From Chitinophagales bacterium (GTDB lineage: Bacteria > Bacteroidota > Bacteroidia > Chitinophagales > Chitinophagaceae), in contig JBBSSE010000001.1 in assembly GCA_038242375.1 (NCBI GenBank), positions 1 to 32,191 of the forward strand: DNA of 32,191 bases, read 5' to 3'. The notes below the pieces were generated by a model. That model did no database searches and had not been told where the DNA came from. It worked only from the letters and a program-made list of their open reading frames with translations. Numbering within the stretch: position 1 is the stretch's first letter; every line of letters starts with the position of its first letter. Below, in pieces: positions 9,526 through 18,974 of this stretch. A program made the position numbers and the translations under genes.

Positions 9526-10188
9526 ATGGAAGAGACAAATTTTGTTCTTTTATGGAAAGAACAGTATGAAAAAATTGACCAATCACTGGCTATTAACAAA
9601 CAATTGCTGAAAGAAGTAATTAGTCAAAAAGCTGAGTCAGCCTTACAATCCTTAATTCGTTTCAAAGCACGGGGAATTGTGGTAGCGGTTATCTATTTGA
9701 TATTATTGGGAGTTGTGCTTTTCTATGCAATAGCACATTATTCTTCTGCTTTAAATTATTTCATCATCTCGATGGCTGTCATATTTTTAATCAATGTAAA
9801 AGCATTATACGATTACATTAAACATTTGGTTTGGATAAATAACATTAACTATGACGGAAGTATAACAGAGATACAGCAAAAATTAGCCAAACTGCAGTTA
9901 TCCATCATGCAACATAGCCGTGTTATGGTTTTGCAATTTCCTTTTTGGACAACACTGTTTTTGAGCGACGAATGGTTTCCTTATTCTGTAGGTTGGGGAT
10001 ATATTATTTTTCAATTATTACTGACTGCTTCATTTACATACCTCGCATATTGGCTCTACAAAAATCAAACATTAGAGAATGCGGATAAAAAATGGGTAAA
10101 GATTTTCATTGAAGGTTCGGGAGGGAAATCAGTTATGAAAGCATTGAAGTTTTATAAAGAACTCGAAACTTTCCAACAAGTAGGTTAG
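9526..10188 (+). CDS. Membrane protein, putative anti-sigma factor
   Basis: 5 bp downstream of the ECF gene; soluble N-terminus (LLWKEQ) plus about four hydrophobic segments. Confidence 0.7.
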   Translation: MEETNFVLLWKEQYEKIDQSLAINKQLLKEVISQKAESALQSLIRFKARGIVVAVIYLILLGVVLFYAIAHYSSALNYFIISMAVIFLINVKALYDYIKHLVWINNINYDGSITEIQQKLAKLQLSIMQHSRVMVLQFPFWTTLFLSDEWFPYSVGWGYIIFQLLLTASFTYLAYWLYKNQTLENADKKWVKIFIEGSGGKSVMKALKFYKELETFQQVG

Positions 10189-10310
10189 GGATAAATGAGT
10201 AGGCCTGATTGTAGCCTTGATTTGCTTCTATGCCTGCACACGAATAAATCTTTCCGCAAATGCGGGGTTCGTTATCAGTCCCGTACTTACCGGATTTAGA
10301 CTGAAGGATT

Positions 10311-10519
10311 TTCGTTTTTCAGCGGGGTTTTCCGATTTTATATTATTGAATTTGAAACCACTTTGCCGGAAACCCCGATGTGCATTGATCTATGAAATTT
10401 ATGCATTTAATTTGAAGCCTGACGGGATTGAAATATCGAAGCGTCTTCCAGGCATCGGTGTTTCCGTCGTACATCTTTTTACTCATGACTTAGTAATCGG
10501 AAAATCCCGCTTGGAAATA
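10311..10519. repeat. Third, more diverged copy of the REP/BIME-like element
   Basis: Units at 10320-10337, 10367-10380, 10453-10466 and 10495-10512; colinear with 7819-8012. Confidence 0.92.
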
Positions 10520-11120
10520 CTTTCGCCTGCTGAAATGAAAAAAGCAATCCAGGGAAATAAATTGAAAGTTTTCGGTGAATTAACTTATCAATATGGCGGA
10601 ATCACATTAAGCGATAGTAGTATTGAACCCTTTTTAAAAATTGCTGAAGATTTGGATATTCCTGTGGGTGTTCATGTTGGACCAGGACCGCCAGGTGCAG
10701 CATATATTTTTGCTCCGAACTATAGAGCTAAATTACACAGTCCTTTTACGGTAGAGGAAGCATTATTGCGACACCCCAAACTGAGAGTATATCTTCAACA
10801 TGCAAGGTGGCCAATGATTGACGATTTGATTGCTGTTTTATATACTCATCCGCAAGTTTATGTTGACCTGGCCGTAGTTTGCAACGACTTGCCGGTTGAA
10901 GAATTTCATTCTTATCTAAAACGAATTATAGATGCGGGCTTTGAAAAAAGAGTGATGTTTGGAAGCGACCAAATGATTTGGCCTGATGCAATTGTAAAAG
11001 GAATCGAAGCAATTCAAAATGTTTCTTTTTTAAGCGAAACAACAAAAAAGAGACATTCTATTTAATAACGCGGCCAGGTTTTTAAGATTAACAGACGAAC
11101 AGATTAAAAGCATGTATTGA
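10520..11120 (+). pseudogene. Amidohydrolase_2-family pseudogene (5'-truncated, frameshifted)
   Basis: IPVGVH, HARWP, VYVD and RVMFGSD motifs. The N-terminus is replaced by the repeat. A frameshift near 11038 separates the natural tail QQKRDILFNNAARFLRL..MY*, which ends at 11120. Confidence 0.85.
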
Positions 11121-11130
11121 CCAAAACTAC

Positions 11131-11325
11131 TGCTAACAAAAATATTGCTGCAAGTGGGGCCGGATGTTGATACATCGGCTGTAGTTGTCTGTCAGCAATA
11201 GTTACAGCAGACGAGTAAAGCGAAGTAAAAGTTCTTACCTTTGTCTTTTAATATATTATTGAGCTATAGCTCCGGGCTGTACATTCATTGAATTATCCAA
11301 ATGCAGCAATACACAAACGTGTCTG
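11131..11325 (+). repeat. attC-like long inverted-repeat site B
   Basis: TGCTAAC 10 bp after the stop at 11120; perfect IR TATTGCTGCA (11143-11152)/TGCAGCAATA (11302-11311); right core degenerate (GTGTCTG). Confidence 0.55.
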
Positions 11326-11374
11326 TTTATCTGTTTGAAAAACTTCAATTTTAAAACATCAAACTTAAAGATGC

Positions 11375-12661
11375 ATGAAAAATAGGAAACCATATAAAAC
11401 TTTATTGATTTTTTCTTTGTCATTGGTATGTCATGTGGTAGTTGCGCAGGTTTCTTTCAATAATTATGCGTTAGAAGGTGCTTCCATTATTGATGCAAAT
11501 CATAAAATAGCTGAACCACATCAAACTATTCTTATAGTAAATAATACAATAAGCGATATTTTTAATGATGGAAGCAAGACGGTTCCGGATTCGTTCACCA
11601 TCATTAAGCTAAATGGAAAATATGTATTACCTGGTTTGATAGATGCCCATGTACACATGGCTACTGATCCATCTGGCGAGGATAGCCGCCTCCATAGTAT
11701 GGATGTATTGCAACGCATGTTGTTTAGTGGTATTACCACAGTGAGAGATATGGCAGGGGATGCCCGTATTTTGTCAGGTTTATCAAGAGATGCTTTTACA
11801 GGTGATATTATTTCGCCTGATATTTATTATTCCGCGCTCATGGCTGGCCCCGTATTTTTTAGCGATCCAAGAACATCGACGGCAACCAAAGGTGGTGTTT
11901 CGGGCCAGATGCCTTACATGTTGGCGGTTACAGATTCTACCAATTTGGAGTTGGCAATTGCCGAAGCAAAAGGTACAGGTGCCACAGGTATAAAATTGTA
12001 TGCAAACCTGGCAGCACCATTGGTTAATAAAATTGTTGCTGAGGCAAATAAACAAGATATACTTGTTTGGGGACATGCATGGCTTCAGGATGCAAAACCG
12101 TCTGATGTGGTGAAAGCGGGGGTTAGCCCTATCTCTCATGCGCCTTTGCTTATTTATGAAAAATTAGATAGTGTCCCATCTTCCTGGAAAAAAATGTTTC
12201 ACGATGATAAGTTTTGGGATAAGGTAACTCCAGATTTGTCATTACTTTTTCAGTTAATGAAAAAACACAACACCATACTTGATGCAACGTTATTAACTTA
12301 TAAAAAATGGGCGGATGTGGATTCTACAATGCGATATGATTTTGAGTTGGGAAAACGCATAACCATTCAGGCATATAAAGCCGGTGTAACTATAGACGCT
12401 GGCACAGATGATGACCAGGAAGAATTTGTTCAAAAAGAAATGGAACTTCTTGTAAAAGGCGTCGGTTTTACTGCAATTGATGCTATAATTGCCGGAACCT
12501 TAAATGGAGCAAAAGCATTGCATATAGATAATAATTATGGTACAGTTTCTATTAATAAAATTGCAAATCTTTTAATAGTGGATAAAAATCCCTTAGAAGA
12601 CATTAAAAATATAGAATCTGTATATATGGTTATAAAAGGCGGAAAGATTTTTAAGAAATAA
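11375..12661 (+). CDS. Secreted metal-dependent amidohydrolase (Amidohydro_1)
   Basis: Signal peptide; PGLIDAHVH, GITTVRDM, GIKLY, AGTD and ANLLIVDKNPL motifs. Confidence 0.92.
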   Translation: MKNRKPYKTLLIFSLSLVCHVVVAQVSFNNYALEGASIIDANHKIAEPHQTILIVNNTISDIFNDGSKTVPDSFTIIKLNGKYVLPGLIDAHVHMATDPSGEDSRLHSMDVLQRMLFSGITTVRDMAGDARILSGLSRDAFTGDIISPDIYYSALMAGPVFFSDPRTSTATKGGVSGQMPYMLAVTDSTNLELAIAEAKGTGATGIKLYANLAAPLVNKIVAEANKQDILVWGHAWLQDAKPSDVVKAGVSPISHAPLLIYEKLDSVPSSWKKMFHDDKFWDKVTPDLSLLFQLMKKHNTILDATLLTYKKWADVDSTMRYDFELGKRITIQAYKAGVTIDAGTDDDQEEFVQKEMELLVKGVGFTAIDAIIAGTLNGAKALHIDNNYGTVSINKIANLLIVDKNPLEDIKNIESVYMVIKGGKIFKK

Positions 12662-13270
12662 TAGTAATTGACCTCTATTAATTAAAGCATCAGCTAACAA
12701 ATAAGACTTCGTCCGGCACGAAGTGGCTCCGATGAAGCCCGATGTTGTACGGAACCGGTGCATGAATAATTAGAGACTATAGGGTTTGGGTTGAAAGGAT
12801 GTTGGCGATGAAGCTGAGAACAAGTATCCTCGTTTACTGCATGCCGTTAGGGGATATAAATTTGGGCATTTATTTTAATTTCTGGGGTTGTTATTTTATA
12901 AATCTGTTACGGTCGTATTGTAAGTTTCGCTTGTTTTTTCTGAACCTGCATAGCTTCGCCAATCCGATAATGCAGTGATTTTTCAAACAAGACTTTCAAT
13001 AATTTTTTAACATATCTTTCCAATCTGCCGGTGTCCGCCACGTGATTAAATCGCAAAACAGTATGCATTGTTTCTTTTTGGCAACAAAGGCATTGAAGCG
13101 ACGAGAGATGGATACCATTGCATTCGTTTTAAAGTGACTTGATTGCTATGGATATTTTGAGTGTAAAGAAAGCCTGGTTTAACAAAAATCCTAAAACTTT
13201 AACTGCGCAAAGTTATAATCGTTTTCCATCTTGCAATATCGATAACAAACATTTTATAGGGAAGGCTATT

Positions 13271-13818
13271 TTGAACAAGGGAACAATATTAATTCTTGCA
13301 AGTTTTTTAATTTCACCGTTTACTTTTGGACAGGAGAATAACAATTATTTACTTTGGAGTGCCGGAAGCAAATTAACCGATGATGATTTTGCAATTAAGA
13401 TAAGACAACTTGAAACAACGACATCTTTTGCGCAGTTTTCAGTTAATTGCAAAGTAAATGGTTTCGATTTTCTAACAAAAAATTTTAATAAAAAGGTTCG
13501 TAATTATTTAATAAGATACCGCTTCATGGTAGATATAACTGCCGACATCAAACAGACATTAACCTATCAACAAACTCTTTTTGATATTTGCTGGATTTAT
13601 ACAAGACAAATTTAGAAAGGCATTGAGGGACAACAGACAAAAAACTGCAATAGGACAAGTATTGTTGATGAGCTTAACAACATACGTATGTCTACCTTTG
13701 CAAAAAGACGAATTGGTTTCTACAGAGATATAATATCAGGAACAAAATGAATAAAACTAAGAGAGTGGAAATTCAAAAAGAGCTAACCGGGATTAACGAC
13801 TTTGTCTTCGAAAAATGA
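13271..13818 (+). pseudogene. Frameshifted gene for a secreted protein of unknown function
   Basis: Signal-like NKGTILILASFLISPFTFGQ and LLWSAGSKLTDDDF. Protein-like sequence continues in other frames after the stop at 13615 (FRKALRDNRQK; ELNNIRMSTFAKRR; IQKEL..FVFEK*). Confidence 0.6.
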
Positions 13819-13961
13819 ATGATAAGCAAGCAAGCACAACACTCATATATTTGGAGGGCAAACCGTGAAGGTATAATATAATAACACAATCCAAAAAGTC
13901 AAAGTAAATATTACGGAAGGGGGAAAGAGGGTATTAAACAAAAAAAAAGAATTTACGAATT

Positions 13962-15119
13962 ATGAACGCAATAGAATTATTGGATTTAATCCAAATGGGC
14001 GAATCCAGCAAGTTTCAATTTAAGGTTCGGGTTAATGACGCATATAAATTAGGTACGGAAATGGTTGCATTTTCTAACTCAAAAGGAGGCATTATTGTAA
14101 TAGGAGTTGACGATAAAACAGGAAATATAAATGGTCTTTCTTTTGAAGAGTTGCAAAATATTAATCAGTTGTTGGCAAATGCAGCTTCTGATAATGTCAA
14201 AGCACCGATTTATATATTCACCGAAACTGTCAATATAAAAGGTGATAATTTAATTGTGGTACAAATTCCCGAAGGTTCCGGCAAACCGCATATGGATAAT
14301 AAAAGGATTATTTGAATTAAGAATGGTTCTGATAAAAGAAAGGTTGTTGCAAAAGAGGAAATTGCCAGACTTCTTCAAAGTAGCGGTAATTTGTTTGCCG
14401 ATGAAACAGTTGTAAATGGCTCTGCGATTAATAATATTGATGAACCTTTTTTCCAAAAATTCATTCTTTCAAAAACAAAGAAATCTGCTGAAGAGATATG
14501 TCAGTCAACTTCAGTCGTTCTTTCAAATTTGGGCATGCTGAAGGGAGGTAACCTGACATTAGCCGGGTTGCTGCTTTTTGGTAAAAATCCTCAATATTTT
14601 CGGCCCACTTATACTGTTGAATGTGTTTCTGTAGTTGGAAATAATATAAGCTCAAATGAGTACCGGGATAAAGAAGACCCATTTACAGGGAATCTAAAGG
14701 AATTATATAAAAAAACACTTTCTTTTATTACCTGAAACTTAAGGAAAATACAAAAGGAAGATGGATTCAATTCTCAATCCGTTTTAGAGGTACCAATAGA
14801 GACCATTCAAGAGTTACTGGTTAATGCTTTAATACACAGAGATTATTTTATCCTTTCAAGTATTAAAGTTTTTATTTTCGACAATCGAATAGAAATTATA
14901 AGCCCGGGGAAATTACCAAATACATTGACAATCGACAATATTAAAATTGGAACTTCAATTCCAAGAAATCCGATTTTATATACGAATGCTTCCCATGTAT
15001 TACCATTCGTTGGAATTGGAAGCGGAATTCCAAGAGCTTTTGAAAATTCACCTGACCTCGAGTTGATAAACGACACGGAAAGGGAATTGTTTATTTCAAT
15101 AATTAAACGTAGTAATTGA
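13962..15119 (+). pseudogene. AlbA_2 (Schlafen-like) plus HATPase_c_4 ATP-binding protein with two in-frame TGA stops
   Basis: GES..QFK, VAFSNSKGG.IVIGVDD, GLLLFGKNPQ, ELLVNALIHRDY, DNRIEIISPG, RNP and GSGI all lie in one frame; TGA at 14313-14315 and 14733-14735. Confidence 0.88.
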
Positions 15120-15457
15120 TATCAGCTATCGCCTAAAGTCCTTGAAGTACTCCTACAATCCACGGCCTACGTTTTAAAAATAATAACTTTTAGGTTATAT
15201 CACTTTGGGATTCCGACGCTTAGACATTCAAAAATAAAAAAAAATGACCATCAAGGTTCGAAGTACAAAAAGTGAAAATACTTCGTCTTTTTTAGAACGC
15301 CCAATTCTTGAATCTAATGCGTTAAGTCTGGAATTAATTCTGATTTGTAAAGTGCCGAATAGTTCCTTCATGGAATTGTTCAGGCCGGGAAATCATCCAC
15401 CCCACTTCAACTCGGCCAGTTCCCATAAAATGATTTACCTCTTTTTATCACTTCCAA

Positions 15458-15527
15458 AACCCTGAAAGGGTGAAATGATAATAGTATCGTTAGCCCCCAC
15501 TAAGAAGCCAACCCCGAAGGGGTGACA
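15458..15527. repeat. Pair of short REP-like hairpins
   Basis: AACCCTGAAAGGGTGAAAT (15458-15476) and AACCCCGAAGGGGTGACA (15510-15527). Confidence 0.6.
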
Positions 15528-15596
15528 GAATTTTTTGGCAAAAGTCAAAGAAAACTTTTTTGAAGGTAGTGTCTTAAAAAGTGATATATAAGTTTG

Positions 15597-15687
15597 AATC
15601 CCAAATCTCAAATCTCAAATCCCAAATCCCAAATCCCAAATCCCAAATCCCAAATCCCAAATCCCAAATCCCAAATCTCAAATCCCA
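15597..15687. repeat. Heptamer microsatellite (AATCYCA) x13
   Basis: Thirteen contiguous AATCCCA/AATCTCA units. Confidence 0.95.
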
Positions 15688-15728
15688 ATTCTACTTACTA
15701 CTCATTACCCTTGATATCATCTAACTGC

Positions 15729-15772
15729 CTGATCATGGTCATTTATTTCAACCATCCATCCCGCTATTTTCG
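15729..15772 (+). promoter_or_regulatory. Crp/Fnr-like palindrome plus -7 element variant
   Basis: CTGAT-CATG-GTCAT at 15729-15742 and TATTTTCG at 15765-15772, 22-bp gap. Confidence 0.65.
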
Positions 15773-15868
15773 CTTTGATTCTTACACTAATTATATGTAA
15801 AAGATGAAAGGAAAGAATCACCCCTGCAAGTCACATGGATTTTGAAAAACAATAAAAATTTTATAACG

Positions 15869-16729
15869 ATGAAACAAATATTAGTACCAACTGATTTTTC
15901 GAATGCTGCTGAAAATGCAATTGATTTTGCTGTGCAAAGTGCCAAAATACTACCTGCGGAAGTAACCTTATTGCATTCTTTTGAAGTGAATGACAGCGCT
16001 TATGCCGATTATGTAGGCGTAAACAGGGAGTTTAACCGTTCAATGATCAGTGAAGCAAATGAAAAATTAGATGCACTTAAAAAAAGAATTGAAAATACAG
16101 ATGGTGTCGTGGTGAAAACATTCGTTTCCACGCACAACCTGATGGATACGATCACAAATTTTGGAAAGGAAAATAAAGTGGACCTCGTGGTAATGGGAAC
16201 TTTAGGCGCAAGTGGTCTTAAGGAAAAATTGTGGGGAAGCAGAACATCCGCTGTGATCGGAAAAACAACCGTGCCGGTGATGGTTATTCCAAATGAATAC
16301 ACCTGGAAGAAACCGGAAAAGATGTTGCTGGCAACAAACCAATTTGAAAAAGAAGCTAAAAATCTGAATTTTATATTTGAACTGGCAGGATTATTCATGT
16401 CCTCCATGCAGGTAGCTGTTTTTACAGATGAAGACGATGATAAAGCGCAGGTGTTTTTAGATAATGAAAAAAACATAGCTGATTACGAAACTTTTTTAAA
16501 GACGAATTATAGAGAGAACACGTTGAGTTCCGCTCATCTTTCCGGAGATAAATTTGACGAAACCCTGCAAAATTTCATAAAGGATAATCATGTTGATATC
16601 CTCGTTATGGTTACTTATCAGAATAGTTTTTGGAGCCGGCTTTTTAATCCAAGCAAAACAAAACGGATGAGCTATCATACCACCATTCCTTTATTGGCAA
16701 TGCCCGTAAACAAGAATGGAACGAAATAA
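15869..16729 (+). CDS. Universal stress protein (tandem USP)
   Basis: MKQILVPTDFS, DLVVMGT.GASG...GS and VPVMVIP; ATG 15869 preferred over TTG 15842. Confidence 0.95.
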   Translation: MKQILVPTDFSNAAENAIDFAVQSAKILPAEVTLLHSFEVNDSAYADYVGVNREFNRSMISEANEKLDALKKRIENTDGVVVKTFVSTHNLMDTITNFGKENKVDLVVMGTLGASGLKEKLWGSRTSAVIGKTTVPVMVIPNEYTWKKPEKMLLATNQFEKEAKNLNFIFELAGLFMSSMQVAVFTDEDDDKAQVFLDNEKNIADYETFLKTNYRENTLSSAHLSGDKFDETLQNFIKDNHVDILVMVTYQNSFWSRLFNPSKTKRMSYHTTIPLLAMPVNKNGTK

Positions 16730-16771
16730 TGGATTTAATCCGATTATTAACCACCTGAAAAAAATGTTATT

Positions 16772-17161
16772 ATGTTTTACGAAGAATTATATACCGAATT
16801 GGGCAAGCTTTTTTATCATTTAGCAGCCTCCGATGGAAAAGTTCAACCTGCAGAAAAAAAGACACTGCATGAGCTCATTTTAATTAAGTGGAAACCCCTG
16901 GAGGATTCTGCTGACGAATATGGAACTGATTTATCTAATCTCATAGAATTCTCTTTTGATTATGAGACCTCAGAAGTGGTAACTGAGGATGGGTTAAATT
17001 CTTTTGAAGAATTTTACAAAGTGCACCGGGAGCACTTTACACCGGAAATTTCCAATAAAATAATAGAAACAGCCGGGGAGATAGCGGATGCATATCGCGG
17101 TAAAAATAAAGATGAACAGGCATTTTTAAATAGCCTTCAGAAGTTATTAAATAAGAAATAG
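16772..17161 (+). CDS. TerB-like helical protein
   Basis: LGKLFY.LAASDG.V...E near the N-terminus and IA.A..G.NKDE near the C-terminus. Confidence 0.65.
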   Translation: MFYEELYTELGKLFYHLAASDGKVQPAEKKTLHELILIKWKPLEDSADEYGTDLSNLIEFSFDYETSEVVTEDGLNSFEEFYKVHREHFTPEISNKIIETAGEIADAYRGKNKDEQAFLNSLQKLLNKK

Positions 17162-17178
17162 AAAACAGCATTTTCGAT

Positions 17179-17240
17179 AAATGGATTTGTGGTTGTATTA
17201 GCTTGAGTATAATACAGTCGCAAATCTATTTTTATTTCCT
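17179..17240 (+). terminator. Long hairpin/intrinsic terminator
   Basis: 22-bp stem (17179-17200 with 17210-17231) containing four G-U pairs, followed by a T-rich tract. Confidence 0.6.
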
Positions 17241-17364
17241 TTTCAAATATTTTACAGGTATTGAGTTCTATAAATCATTTATTTATGCCGTTTAAAAATT
17301 GTTGTTGATGAAATCTGCATAACATCTTATATTTATAGGTTTTTAATCCTTAAATAATTGTAGA

Positions 17365-18810
17365 ATGAGAAAATTACCTCTTCATTGGAAGATCGTAATA
17401 GCGATGATTCTGGGTGTCATATGGGCGCTTATCTCCGGCCAGTTGGGGTGGAATAAGTTTACGGGTGATTGGATAAATCCATTTGGCGTTATTTTTATAA
17501 ATATTCTGAAATTCATTGCAGTTCCCTTAGTGTTATTTTCAATCATCACCGGCGTGGCGAGTTTTGGAGATCCACGTAAACTGGGGAAATTAGGCGCAAA
17601 AACACTTTTTTTATATTTAGGCACGACTGTAATAGCTGTGGCAATCGGTCTTACGCTCGTAAATGCGATAAATCCGGGTAAGGTTAACAATAAAGAAAAA
17701 GCTTTCGAAAATCGCCTTACCTATGAATTATGGGCGGTGGAAGCAGGGCATGAGATAAAGGATAATAAAAACTTTGTGGCCAAAGCAGACTCAGCGACAC
17801 TTGCGAAAATTCAGGCTAAGAATAATGCAGAAAAGGAAAGTAGCGAATATAGGGAGCTGGCCGCTAAAAATGCGGTAGCTTCTACTAACGAGGGTCCTTT
17901 ACAACCTCTTGTGGATGTGGTTCCAAGCAATTTAATTAAGGCACTTGGGGATGGAAATTTAATGCTACAGGTCATATTTTTTGCCCTGTTTTTTGGCATT
18001 TCCATTTCCTTTTTACCCGATGAGAAAACAAGTGTTCTAAAAAAGTTTTTTGATCAGATGAATGAGGTATTCATTTACATGGTGAATATCGTCATGATCG
18101 CGGCACCATTCTTTGTCTTTTGTCTCATGGCCGGTGTGTTAGCAAAAATGGCCGATTCTCCCCGTGAAATGATGGATATTTTTGTAAACCTCGGAATGTA
18201 TTCTATCACGGTTGTACTGGGACTTGCCTTTTTGCTTTTTGCTTTCTATCCGTTTCTGATGAAAATTTTCCGTGTGAAAACAACCTATGGTGAATTTTTT
18301 AAAGGCCTTAGTCCTGCGCAGTTTCTTGCCTTCTCAACAAGCTCCAGTGCTGCTACACTTCCGGTAACGCTGGAGTGTGTGGAACATAACCTGAAAGTTC
18401 CGAAGGTAGTGGCTGATTTTGTCTTGCCCATTGGTGCGACCGTCAATATGGACGGCACCTCTTTATACCAGGGCGTAGCCGTAATATTTTTAGCCCAATA
18501 TCATGGAGTAGATCTTTCTTTATATCAACAAATCGGCATTGTAGGTACCGCCACGCTTGCATCTATCGGGGCAGCAGCCGTTCCGGGTGCCGGGTTAATT
18601 CTCCTCATGATCGTCTTGAATTCTGTAGGGCTGAATCCTATGTGGATCGCTATTATTCTGCCTGTTGATCGTATTCTCGATATGTGTCGTACTGTAATTA
18701 ATGTCACCGGCGATGCAACCGTTTCACTGATCGTTGCTAAGTGGGAAGAAAAGGATCTATCCCAAATTCCCATCCATCATAAACAGGAGGAGTTGGAAAT
18801 AATTTCCTAA
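17365..18810 (+). CDS. Dicarboxylate/amino acid:cation symporter (DAACS, GltP-like)
   Basis: AFSTSSSAATLP, LPIGATVNMDGT and DRILDMCRTVINVTGD signature motifs. Confidence 0.96.
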   Translation: MRKLPLHWKIVIAMILGVIWALISGQLGWNKFTGDWINPFGVIFINILKFIAVPLVLFSIITGVASFGDPRKLGKLGAKTLFLYLGTTVIAVAIGLTLVNAINPGKVNNKEKAFENRLTYELWAVEAGHEIKDNKNFVAKADSATLAKIQAKNNAEKESSEYRELAAKNAVASTNEGPLQPLVDVVPSNLIKALGDGNLMLQVIFFALFFGISISFLPDEKTSVLKKFFDQMNEVFIYMVNIVMIAAPFFVFCLMAGVLAKMADSPREMMDIFVNLGMYSITVVLGLAFLLFAFYPFLMKIFRVKTTYGEFFKGLSPAQFLAFSTSSSAATLPVTLECVEHNLKVPKVVADFVLPIGATVNMDGTSLYQGVAVIFLAQYHGVDLSLYQQIGIVGTATLASIGAAAVPGAGLILLMIVLNSVGLNPMWIAIILPVDRILDMCRTVINVTGDATVSLIVAKWEEKDLSQIPIHHKQEELEIIS

Positions 18811-18816
18811 TTCTCT

Positions 18817-18849
18817 CCCTCTCCCTGAGGAGAGGGGCCGGGGGTGAGG
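18817..18849. repeat. REP-like palindrome CCCTCTCC-N4-GGAGAGGG..GGGGTGAGG
   Basis: Perfect 8-bp GC-rich stem immediately after the symporter stop, in an AT-rich context. Confidence 0.65.
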
Positions 18850-18875
18850 CTTCTACATCTTCATCTGAATAAATA

Positions 18876-18915
18876 AAAATATAATTGCCGGCCATAAAGC
18901 CGGCAATTATATTTT
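18876..18915. terminator. Intrinsic terminator, potentially bidirectional
   Basis: Perfect 17-bp stem AAAATATAATTGCCGGC/GCCGGCAATTATATTTT with a 6-nt loop. Confidence 0.75.
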
Positions 18916-18930
18916 AAGTCAGTTCTACAC

Positions 18931-18974
18931 CTGATCGTCATCATTTTTCAGGTCTTTTACAGTTGGTAATTTCG
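18931..18974 (+). promoter_or_regulatory. Crp/Fnr-like palindrome plus -7 element variant
   Basis: CTGAT-CGTC-ATCAT at 18931-18944 and TAATTTCG at 18967-18974, 22-bp gap. Confidence 0.65.

Noticed and set aside
13826-13870. Possible further attC-like left end (AGCACAAC) after the stop at 13818
   Set aside because: No matching right arm found; too degenerate to call.
14313-14735. Selenocysteine or alternative genetic code
   Set aside because: The contexts imply Trp and Arg rather than Cys, and TGA terminates ordinary genes in this window.
15594-15800. ORF encoding (PKSQIPN)n
   Set aside because: Read-through of the heptamer microsatellite; it also overlaps the predicted USP promoter.
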